A stretch of 64,000 bases of DNA from Octopus bimaculoides (lineage: Eukaryota): assembly GCF_001194135.2 (NCBI RefSeq), contig NC_068982.1:159297031-159361030 (forward strand). Reading direction: 5' to 3'. The notes under the pieces are model-generated. The model saw only the letters and a program-made list of their open reading frames with translations, searched no databases and was not told the origin of the DNA. The position numbers and the translations under genes are program-made. Positions 52,400-64,000 of this stretch are shown in pieces. Positions within the stretch are counted from its first letter, which is position 1; each line of letters starts with the position of its first letter.

Positions 52400-52540
52400 T
52401 GTTGGTTTCAAATATTTGACACAGGGCATGTAATTTGGGGGTAGAGTGTAAGTCGAATACATTGAAACCAGTATTCAAATGGCACTTGTTTTAACGACCA
52501 CGAAAGGATGAAATGTAAAATCGACCGTGGCGAAATGATA
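52400..52540 (-). mobile_element. Diverged 3' part of a family A SINE
   Basis: TAAGTCGAATACATTGAAACCAGT...GAAAGGATGAAATGTAAAATCGACC aligns to 52140-52220. Confidence 0.75.
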
Positions 52541-53539
52541 ATTAATGAAATATTACCTGTAACCACATGGTGCTTTGAATATCTAAAGGGAAGAATAAAA
52601 CGTATCCATGCAACTATATTTTGTTTTTGAGGGAAATGAAGAGTGAACAATTTGAAATATAAAGGATGGCAGGAATTTGACATCTGCCTTCTCGAAGAAT
52701 GAATTTTTGAGCAGGAAATATTGAGATTTGCAACAATGTAAAAATTACCACAAAATCAAAGTAAAGGAAATGAATACCAAAATATTCTTGGTTTTTACAT
52801 TAACAAAATATCATATTTATCATAGTCATAAAAATATAGCTGTTCCATATATTGGATACATTGTTTTATATGTCTTTCGGCAAAATGAATTCGAGATTTT
52901 ATTGTATCTTATTTACAGGTTATCTCTAAATTTACAATAATGTATTCTTACTAGAGTTTCATATTTTTCAGATTTACGCGGCTATATATACTAGCGGGTC
53001 CTGTGAATATTTCTCCTACTGTGTTATTACTGAAAACGTATTCTCAAAAACCTAAAAGCGTAGCATGTGTTGTATCTGTATGGAAAGATAGTCGCCCATC
53101 TGCTACTCATTGAAAAGTGAAATAAATTGGATAATTAATACAGTTTATAGACACACATTATATACTTTATGCACAATTTTGTAGACTTAATACGAAGCAC
53201 TTATAAAATAAATATTCACACTTATGTTTCTATGTTACCCAGAAAGAAAAAATATCCTATACATATGATACAACCTTGAGTTAAATTGCAGATATCTGCC
53301 ACGTAAAAAAGCGTATTTCACGGAATTGCACTTATGCGTTAAGTAATATGTCATATAAAAACTTAGTTCAATTAAAACAAATACACTTTTCACTATCCAA
53401 TTACCACCATGCTCTGTATTTACCGAAGCCTTTACTCTAAAGCATTGTACATTGAGTTCTAATTCACTGTTAATATAGGAATACTTAAGCGAAATCATAA
53501 GATCTCCCTCTCCCCTCCCCTCTCTCATACACACTCACT

Positions 53540-53582
<43 letters not shown>

Positions 53583-55557
53583 CACATACACATATGTACT
53601 TACACACACGTACACGTACACGGGTGCTCACGCACACACTCACAGGCACACATGCATGCATACATGGCATACATAAGAAACACGTCTCTTGCTAAAAAAA
53701 TTTAGCATTAGAAATGCACTCACTGATTTAATGCAGAAGATGTTGACACTAAATAAATGAAGTTTGGCAGCTGGTTTACTACCTGAACTATTACATTATC
53801 TTACAGGTTAATATTAAAAAAATGATAAGACATGTTTTTCCTCACATCTGTTACAATGTACAGAGTGCAGACACCGAAGTGTTTGAAATATGCATATTTT
53901 TTCCTACTACCGATTCAATGAAATCTCTGCTTGCTTACACATTATGCTTGAAAGAGCCTTTACGTCTCCCTATCTTCTTGAAACAGAAATTTAATAGACA
54001 ATGTATCGCTGAGATTTCCTTCAACGCACGTTATATTGTCTTAAATGGTAATTATGAATAATGAGCTTATAGATGAAAAAGACTGTAAAGAAAATGAGAT
54101 TGTTGCAAGTATAACCGCTATAAGTAATTGTTAGTATAGAGGATATAGTCTATGGCATAGCATTTCTTTTCAATGTGCGTGTGTGTGTGTGTGTATATTT
54201 ATTTATTTATTTATGTGTTTCAGCCAAGTGGCTGCGGTCATGCTGGTGCACATTATTGGTTATTAACACTGACATATAAAATTATATACATATAGGCTGA
54301 AAATGTATACATATTATTTAGCGACTAGCAGGAAACCAACTAAAGGAGCTCTTTCTGCTGCAGTGTATAACTGAGAGTCAAGCAGTATTTGCATACAGTA
54401 TCTCGAACCAGCGGCAAATCATTCAACGGTTGCATGTACTACTAAAATCAAATTAAATATATATCGAAAATATATGATATCAACTTGGGAATTAACACAT
54501 TTTTTAATTCAGCTCTATATAAAATACTCATGAACAGAACACGAGATTGTTTGATGTAGAATGTCTATTACTGTATATTCGCTTAAACAGACCGAAACTG
54601 AGAATAAGGAAAATATAGGTATAAAATATATATCAAAAGTAGTTATACAACAACTGGTCACGCACGTTGCTAGAAATATCAAACCAATAAATCTATGTCA
54701 CACCATGCTTGATCTTCTGGAAAAGGAGACGTTAGATAATGTAATGTATTCTGTCATGGCTAGAATGCTATCATCATAAGTCAGCTTGATCACAGTTGAT
54801 CTGAGGTTAAAAACAATCCACAAATCAACAACACCTACAATCATACATGGAGGGTCGTATATGGTCCAGTAGGGACTAGATGTAATATGGAAACAACTTT
54901 CTTAAAAGGGAATCAGAAATCGGATAACATAGACGCGTAATTAGATTCTGGTTATTGCTAGAGTATTCTCATCAAAGGATTGTTAGAGGAAAGTGTTAGC
55001 CGAAGTTATATTACGCAGCAGGTGCAACCAGCTAACCGCAGATGTAAATGAAATGAAGTATATGGATGGCACAGATAATTTGAAATTATACTTTGTGCTC
55101 TAAAAATAATCGTTCATCAACCAGTTAAATTTGTTTTCTGAGCCAATGGGTAGGTTTAAAATAGTCATCCTCAGATTAAGTTTCATATAGACAGAATTTT
55201 GTTCAATCAAGAAATATCTGAGACAACTAATGTTGACAATTCACCATCTATTGAACGATTGACTGCCCTCTGAAAAGGTTATGGCGGAGAAGAGTGATGC
55301 CCGATTGGTATAGAACGTAGAACACTAATAATGGAACAGGAAATTTGACGCCACTAATAATGGAACTGGATATATAACATCTATTACATACTGTACGATG
55401 TAAGTATGATGTAAGCGTTTGGGATAATTTTGATAGTTCGCTTAAACCAAAAAAATAATTTAAAAAAAAATAATAAATAACAATATCCTATCAAAAGTAA
55501 ATGTATTTGTTTTGAAATCAAAAAAAGTGCACTAGGTAATGGCGGGGAGATAAAAAT

Positions 55558-56462
55558 CTATTGAAAGTAGACGCCTTCTGTTTACACCACGGCATCAAGA
55601 CTGCTTCGGAACAAGGTGCATGCATTCCTCACGGTATCCCTGGGAAAATCTTGGAACACCTCCTTGGCATTGGCCAGTAGCTCGGCATTGATGTTGCAGG
55701 CAGAACGGTCGGTGTTTTTTGCAACTGAATCCCACGCCATCATCCATGAGATTATCTTCGTGTGAATTATTCTGCTACACTTATGGCCTTCGGGCAGCAA
55801 CCCTCTGCAGTCAGGGTTCGTATACAGTTTTCTGTAGTAGTACAAAGCTGTCTGAATGGAGCCTAAATCTCTGTTCAAAGATGTAGGACGTTATGTTACC
55901 ACCTTCTCTGAATTCACACACACAACCCGTCACAGTTTGAGATAGCTTAGTTTTCATGACACATGGAACATCACATGGATTGCAAGCAAGCCACTTGTTC
56001 TTCTGAGTGTTACGCAACAGGTCCTACTTGATGTTTGTTTTTTTATTCGAGAGGAACTAGACCATCTCCCTCTTCAGTAGGATGCCTCAGTATGTGCAGG
56101 AACTTCTTTGGCTTTGACAAGTGGTACTCCCTGGTCGTGCAATTCAGAAGTCACTTACGCCTCTTGTATGAGTGGTAGCGACAGTCCTTATTCAGGGCCT
56201 GCTTTGTGGTGGTGACTTAAACACCCATCTCTCTCGCCACAGCCTGGATTCTCTCGTTCAGATCTTCCATCTCCTCGTTCTGCATTTGCTGGACGTAGTC
56301 CACCATGCGGACGCATTCACAACGCGTGTTTCGGCCCTTCTTGCTCGCCTATGTATTGTAGTTTCCATTGCCGCTGCCCATATCACGTATTGCAACGCTT
56401 ACAATGTTCACAACGCTCTTATGTTGTTGAAAGTCTGATACCTGGCGCGAATCATCATGATA
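55558..56462 (-). mobile_element. Tc1/mariner transposase relic, maT (DD37D)-like
   Basis: VAREMGV...ALNKDCRYHSYKRR, KKFLHILRHP, NTQKNKWLACNPCDVPCVMKTK, YIFEQRFRLHSDSF, AWDSVAKNTDRSACN, VRNACTLFRSSLDAVV*TEGVYFQ*. A deletion removes the region after the second Asp, so the DD spacing cannot be counted. Confidence 0.85.
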
Positions 56463-58868
56463 TAAGTAACTCTCATTCAATATTCTTATGGTTTCCAGCC
56501 CTCCATTTTAGGTAACGTTTTCTCATCCACAACTTTAATTTTTGTAATCTCAAGAGCTATTGACTCTTCACTAATATATTAAAGATTTCCAAAAAATAGG
56601 CATATAAATATCGTCTGAATACTCTGTACACAGTAACGTACACTGGTCGACTTTCAGATGAATATAGAGATAGAGATGTTGATGATTATGATTTGATGTA
56701 GATGATACATTACGAAAGGAAGGAGAATTTGGGTAACATAGTCCTACATAAGCCTAATTATAAGAGATGTTCATAGAGGAAATACCTTTAGTCGTACGTT
56801 TCATAACGTTGCGTTTCAGAAACAATATCAACAACTGCTCCAATGTTAACAACACACACTACAGTAGAAAAACATGTTACAATACATGCGACTGATTTCT
56901 TTTGAATTAACTTTATATCTCTAAATTATTCTATCGATTGTTAAGTAACATTTTGAATAGAGGAATGATTTGCGATATGCTTGGGTTTTTCAAAAACCCA
57001 TTGAAATGATGTGTGATGATCATGGAACAAAAGTTTTAAAATCTTCTGGTCAGTAACATTCTTCGTCAGCAATGCCAGAAGAGGCGGAAATTTTAAAAAA
57101 TCTTTCGATGATTGAAAGAGAAAATGGACGCATACAGACCTACTTCTTGCTGAAGCAGGAACAAATTAATACGGAATCACTAGAGTTTTTAGAATACGAT
57201 TTGTTTTTAAGGGATATTAAGTGTTGGTGTAAAAGGTATCAGTTGGTTACAGTCATGCCAGCAATAAAAGTAGGATGACTGGGAACTAAGAGATCGACTG
57301 ACAATTCACTTCCAACACATAACTCATCACTACACACTACATTGACTGAAATAATCATTTCCTGTATCCCAGGAGTTGTCTCATCCGTAAATTGTATAGT
57401 AACTCATTCATAGAAACGTTCTACCCATTTGAAGTTGAAATTATCGTGATTTTGAAAAAAAAAAACCCCAGAAAATGTTGGTTTTAGATGCATCAAATCA
57501 AACTTGTACGATAGTTGTAGCTCGTTCCTTAAATTGATAAAGTATTTCGTTCATACTTTCCGAGTTGACGTGCTTGTTTGTGTGGGTAACTACGTATGGT
57601 CAATATGCATGTGCATGGTCTTAAAGAAGCACAATCTTAAAGAACATCGTGGGCTATCGTGCTTGTTTGTGTTTGGGTATACTTTCAACGTTCTGAAATA
57701 AACTAAATAGTGATCCGATTACCATGTTTCATTACTAGCGGAACACTGGAAACACTCTGTGACTATCGCAAATGCCAGAACTGTACATTTAGAGTACGCC
57801 ACAATTTACTTTTCCATCGATGGTCGCTCTCAATGACACCTTGGCTGACAGAACCATTTCGGAGTGTGCCATCCATTATTTAGTTGTGGAATGTAAGACA
57901 AGAGACGAAGGACGACTGTAGAAAACAGAGCAATTACACGTTCTTAAACAGCTATATTCATTTCAACCGGTGAAAAGAAATTGATAAATCGACAAGAGTT
58001 CTCATTATTGTTATATGAGGAAAATAGTTGAAGCGTTAGGTTAAGTGGTTTCTACGTTAAGACTGTGGCACCTTACATAAAATATCGTTTCCGTTATGAG
58101 AGTAGTGTCTAAGAGTAATTTATTACATTTACAGCTATAAATCCATAGGCCTAAGACGTGTATTATTGCACAAGTGTTTAATGATTCTCTCATTACTAGT
58201 TTGAAAGTTACTATAAAGATTAATGTTCGAAATTGTCTGCCGCATTTACCGAATGACGGAAAAGACTAATGTATTTTTCTCAATGTGTAATTATTTTTCT
58301 TTTACATATTTAATAATTCATGCATTAAATACGTCAACACTAACAAAATGTACATTTATTATGTAAACGCGAAAGCATGTTATACGATATACATATAGAT
58401 GCCACTTAGTATTTATGCTACTTAGTATTCATTTGAAGAGAAAATAAATTTATTAGTTACTTTTCTTGACGTAAAGTAGTTTGATCAATTTCGGAGTTAT
58501 TTCTTTCGTTACCAAGAGATTTAACAACTCGAATAAAAGCTTTTCTTCATATGAAATCGGTGAATGTGGATATATAGATAAAAATATGTCACATGAAACA
58601 CGGAAACGATATTCTCCTTCCCAACATTTTAATTCAATTAGTTGATTATAAATCGATTACATACAAAATTCCTAGGAGAGAGTTTTATTTCAAAGAACTC
58701 TTATTAAGCCATCTATTTATAGGTAAATCAGCAAGGAAATGTTTATATCGATATCTAAGTTTGAAATATTGTTCGCAAGTATAGATACATACATACAAGG
58801 ATGAATGTGCACGCACACACATACACATGCATATATACATAAATATAAATACACATATACATATATAA

Positions 58869-58916
<48 letters not shown>

Positions 58917-59795
58917 ATATACATATATGCACATGTTATATATTGTTTTATAGTCTACCTTTTATAGTCTTTTTTTGTGGATAACATCTCAATATTTGCT
59001 ACTTAAAAAGGATTTCAATTAAACGGCATCGACTGCTATTTAAGTATATACAACTAATGTCTGCACGTCCCATTTCCATAGTAAATCAATCAAAGTCTGG
59101 ATACTGATCTATATTTCAAGAGAGAAGACTCAAATATAAGTGTATACTTTGTTTTATCAGCAGAACAGTCATTAGATAGATGATAATGATCCCACACGAC
59201 GATACAGTCTGATTTAGTATTTGTTCTATGATGGAGCACCGCCTTTAGTCGAATAAATTGACTCCAGGACTTATTCTCTGTAAGCGTAGTACTCATTCTA
59301 TCGTTAGGTTACGGAGACGTTAACACGCCATCGGTTGTCAACTGATGGTAGAGGGGCAAACATAGAAACACAAAAACGCACATATATGTATATATACATA
59401 AAATGGGCTTCTTTCAGTTTCCGCTGACACTACCTTACTCTTATTTTCGATCCACATATACTGTATTAATATTTCTCGCACCTTCAGTTGCGATGTTGCC
59501 TTTATTGAACTCATAAAGCAAAACATGTCGAATATGCTCCTTTGTCACTTCCATTATAGCTTTGAAAAAATATCTGTTAAAATCGAACTGCACACTTCAA
59601 AACCTGCACTAACAATAAGTACAAGGTAAAGTTACTACCTGCTTTTATAGCAAGCTGGCTTTTAGTTCATGCAATTTTTTTAAAAAATGCATTATTTATG
59701 AGATGTCTCAGTAGATTTCATTAAATAATAGCTACCAACACTCATTCCTAAATGCCAAGATAGAAGGCCTACACTTTCAAATATGAAAGGAGCTT

Positions 59796-60195
59796 CTTGA
59801 ACTGCCATATTTTTTAGGATGTGATCACTGCTGCATTTCTGTAAGGAATGCATCGAGTGGCAGAGAACATGCATAAAATTCGTGTTCTGTGTTACACTAC
59901 GGGTTGTAGAAATTCCACTTTGGTAATTGACGATTGAAGTTTCACACTGTCTAACTAATCCATCCACAATAATTACTTGTTCTCTGTGATCTCGGTGTGA
60001 TATCAAATAGTAAATGTGACAGTTCCTACATGGGCAAAACAAATCTGTATCCACCTATGCGCATGTAGGTACACGTGCAGTATAAATAGAAATCATTGAC
60101 AAAAATTCGAAAATGGGTTATTCTGGGGGTTATACAATTACTATGGTGGAGAATCAAAAAGGCCATCTTTATTACGAAACTGAAGACCTCGGTCT
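59796..60195 (+). mobile_element. Heavily decayed Penelope-like fragment (linker plus GIY-YIG)
   Basis: LELPYFLG, KIRVL, VI..KCDSSYMGKT (YIG motif) and RIKKAIFITKLKTS (KEA.FI..LKP motif). Confidence 0.55.
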
Positions 60196-60461
60196 ACATG
60201 AGACGAATTACTCATATTTCATTAATTAATTTAAGAAATCAATTCCGTGCATGTCACAGCCTTTTCATAAAACACCAAATTCATACTATCTCCTATTTTG
60301 TTCCCAGCGAAGGCCGCTAAATATCAAAATATAAGGTTAAATGGTTGTTCTGTTTCACTACTTTTGTTTCTAATCTTATATTTCAATTTGCATTTCAATG
60401 ACTTCCGAACAATATTAACTTTAAATGTTACAAAACCTGAAAGTACACTGCACATGTGTGT

Positions 60462-60511
<50 letters not shown>

Positions 60512-60912
60512 GGGCGTGCGTGCGTGCGTGCGTGTGTGCATGCATCTCTGTAGGGGGGTATGTATACCTCATCGTCACAGCTGTACTTCTTCGTTCAGCA
60601 AAACGTCTGAATAGAACAAGTACTGAGCTTGATATAACCAACTACTAATAATAAAAACTGTGGTCCAACATCATCCAATGACTTTAAAACGTACCAAAAT
60701 TATCCTTATGGTTTCACACACACACGCAAATGCAATCACACACACATACATACATACATACATACATACATACAAACATGCTCACATTGACATACACATA
60801 TATCGAAGCACTGCATTTGATACCTAATATACTTTCAACATGAGCCGTTTTAGTGAATCACTTCAAGAAATACGCTATTTTAGAAATGCACACACGTATG
60901 TATGTGTGTGTG

Positions 60913-61013
<101 letters not shown>

Positions 61014-61628
61014 CAAAGAATTAAAATATAATCCAGCAATTCGTTTCAGTCACGTTTAGAATATTAAAGACATGCTCGTATTCGCCGTCGCCAATTTGTC
61101 TATAGGTCTTCCTTTTAACTGTCCAGCATTGTACTCGATATCCCGCACGGAATTAATTATGCTTCCACTCATAAACATTAAAATGTGTGTTGCTTTATTT
61201 CCTTTCTGACGCATACATAGTTCTGTACAATTCTTACGTCTCTTATAGCGATATCAAGAAATCGCTGACATTTTGAAAAGTCCTATTAGGAAATATTACT
61301 GTTTGACATCTCATTTTTAATATGAAATACGAAATAATTTGGATTCAATATAATATACTTTTTCTTTTTTTCTTTTCTATTTGCTTCAGATTAGTTTATG
61401 AGCAGCTTTACAACATACAATGTAGTCTCTCTTAGGATGAAAACATAAAGTATAATGTGAGTCCTACGTATATTTTAGAAATTTTACTTTGTATATATCT
61501 TCCTTTAATTATCGGTTCCTAGCACTATGTGTCTAACGCATGCATACACAATATAACTGTGTATGTGCTTGTGTCCTTGTAATTATATTATATACATACA
61601 TAGACCCATATACATATAAGCGAATATG

Positions 61629-61670
<42 letters not shown>

Positions 61671-62144
61671 AATGAATTTGAAAGAATTAGCAGCTTGTCA
61701 ATTGTCTCAATAACCCAAAATTATCTACGTCAAAGGATGGTTCTGCACAGATCACAGGTCAAAATTCCGAAAAACAGAAAAATAGCATTCAGCGAACACA
61801 TGCGAACATTTGCCAATAAATACCAACCAAGCTTCAGAATGTTCTCCCCTCTATGAATTCAGGGACGATACAACCTGCAGTCAGGGCATTAATAAAGAGT
61901 CATTCTTCATCATAAAATATAAACCCCATTTTGAATGCATTCCCCACAAATGACTACCACAAAGTCCTTAGAATAACACATACGCATATATTAAAAACGA
62001 TATATTCGAAACAATCACTTCACATAAATTTATTCAGAACAATTCCAATCACTACTATTCCAACCACAACGGGTCACTTCTAGGTCACTTGACCATTTAC
62101 GAGGATTCCACCAACATCCTGCTACTGTCATACCACTCCCGCAT

Positions 62145-62550
62145 TCTTCTTCTTCTTCTTCTTCTTCTTCTTCTTCTTCTTCTTCTTCTTCTTCTTCTTC
62201 TTCTTCTTCTTCTTCTTCTTCTTCTNNNNNNNNNNNNNNNNNNNNNNNNNNNNNNNNNNNNNNNNNNNNNNNNNNNNNNNNNNNNNNNNNNNNNNNNNNN
62301 NNNNNNNNNNNNNNNNNNNNNNNNNNNNNNNNNNNNNNNNNNNNNNNNNNNNNNNNNNNNNNNNNNNNNNNNNNNNNNNNNNNNNNNNNNNNNNNNNNNN
62401 NNNNNNNNNNNNNNNNNNNNNNNNNNNNNNNNNNNNNNNNNNNNNNNNNNNNNNNNNNNNNNNNNNNNNNNNNNNNNNNNNNNNNNNNNNNNNNNNNNNN
62501 NNNNNNNNNNNNNNNNNNNNNNNNNNNNNNNNNNNNNNNNNNNNNNNNNN
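62145..62550. repeat. (TCT)n microsatellite running into an assembly gap (62226-62550)
   Basis: Read directly. Confidence 0.96.
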
Positions 62551-63734
62551 CAAGGACGATTTTCTTCATTTTTGTGAACTGCATTGCCATAGATTGCAGT
62601 TGTATGTATGCATGCATGTGTGATTATGCATGCATATATATATATGCATGTGTGTACATTTACATGTATGTATTCTGCATATTCATGTTTGCATGTCCGC
62701 GTTTGTGTGTTATGTATGTTTGTGTCTGTTTGTATATGTGTGTGTACCTCTCTCTCCTTGTGTGTGCGTGTGTGATTTGCAATTATGTACTGTGTTTGTA
62801 TGTATGGATGTGCATCTCCATATGTGCCCTTGTATGAAGTAAAAGTGTGTGTATATATATGGTCATGTGTTTCAGTCTTTATTTTATGTATGAATGTGTA
62901 TGTGTGCTTGTCTGTTCATATAACCTTCTCTGTTCATATAACTAACATGCGTTGATCATCGGAGACTGTTAACTGTTAAATGCTGTGTCAAAAAATATTT
63001 ACCCAAAATGATAAATATGACAATTCTTGATTGGTACAAAAATAGGAAAGAAAACGTAATATCCTGATAACAATATGCTTTCCATTCGAACTTATGTACA
63101 ATTGAAATATATCACAACACTATAAGTGTGACAATTAACGAGAAATTATAGTTTATAAATTTTTTGATCGGATTTCTGCTTGAAAACTTGTCAATTTATC
63201 CACAACAGAATCATAGTAATTAGTAAAAATTAATCTAGAAAATATTGTTGCTCGCAGTGTGGGGCAATGTTTCTAGCTTCGTCTTGTTTCATTACCGGCC
63301 ATGAATAATCCGAATCCAGCTCGTAAATTGTCGATATTTGACACTTCTTAAGCGAATGTGTGAACCGATTGACAAATTTAGAAAACGAAGCTTATTTTTC
63401 TTAAAGCTAAAAGATTCAAGCCTAAGTATACCGTTACAACACAAAAGAAAACTACTTTTTGAGCAATTACCTCCCTTCTCACGAGTAGTAACTATGACCA
63501 ATTACCTCATCTTAGATTTTTCTACATATTGCTTCATTCACAAAATTTCATTCAAGAACATGGAAAAAAACCTTCTGAAGAAAATACGTAATTACTATAA
63601 TTTCAATATCATATTTAGCGAAAGCGAAAGCGGTCGACAATCGCAATACACTTTCATTTAAAATATATTAAAACTATGTAAACTATATATATTTACTTTC
63701 TTTTATTTTATATATATATATATATACATTTGTA

Positions 63735-63962
63735 TTGGGTTGTCTGGAAAGTTCGTGCCGATTTATAGTACCTTACCTTTCTACTTATTTGCCATTAAGC
63801 CACCTCAATTCTGGGAAGAGGCTATTTTTAAGTTAAAGAAAAGATGGAGACGCATTGTGCAAGGAAATGTTTCATATTTGGTTGATTTAAAATGTAATGG
63901 CAAGTATTTATTGACCTTTTTCTTTCCTTTAAAAATCGGCACGAATTTTCCGGACAGCCCAA
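63735..63962 (+). mobile_element. 228-bp non-autonomous mariner (MITE) with 30-bp TIRs and TA TSD
   Basis: TA|TTGGGTTGTCTGGAAAGTTCGTGCCGATTT versus the reverse-complemented right end TTGGGCTGTCCGGAAAATTCGTGCCGATTT|TA (3 mismatches). The interior reads FAIKPPQFWEEAIFKLKKRWRRIVQGNVSYLVD, a mariner C-terminus. Confidence 0.95.
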
Positions 63963-64000
63963 TATTTTTGGCATTGCAACTCACCATAATCGAAATTCTC

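Noticed and set aside
52988-53005. ACTAGCGGGTC as a minus-strand Helitron 3' end
   Set aside because: No subterminal hairpin is visible.
62030-62617. Poly-Glu ORF with a Trp/Cys-rich tail
   Set aside because: Built from an N gap and (GAA)n; the 39-aa tail is unrecognisable.

Overview
AT-rich, microsatellite-dense animal DNA. The SINE families and composition resemble a coleoid cephalopod (Octopus-like), which is inferred from recall and not from a database search. I can identify no intact host gene, and nearly all ORF-track entries are translations of microsatellites or N gaps. The window is mostly decayed mobile DNA: two mariner transposase relics, a maT/DD37D-like Tc1/mariner, two TA-flanked MITEs, several R4/Dong-like RLE LINE fragments inside (TAA)n or (ATAC)n arrays, an RTE RT fragment, two Penelope-like GIY-YIG relics, a 3' LTR with polypurine tract, a Helitron-like 3' end, three tRNA-SINE families and a 5S-rRNA-derived SINE. 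The leads most worth testing are: (1) a type I hammerhead-ribozyme-like motif at 18611-18704 with an inverted half-copy beside it; (2) a second hammerhead-like motif at 46492-46569 with its three strands in a permuted order; (3) a Myb/SANT trihelix frame missed by the ORF track (42809-43123, minus) whose only internal lesion is TAA at the conserved first Trp; (4) an RLE LINE that appears to target (ATAC)n and leaves a target-site duplication.
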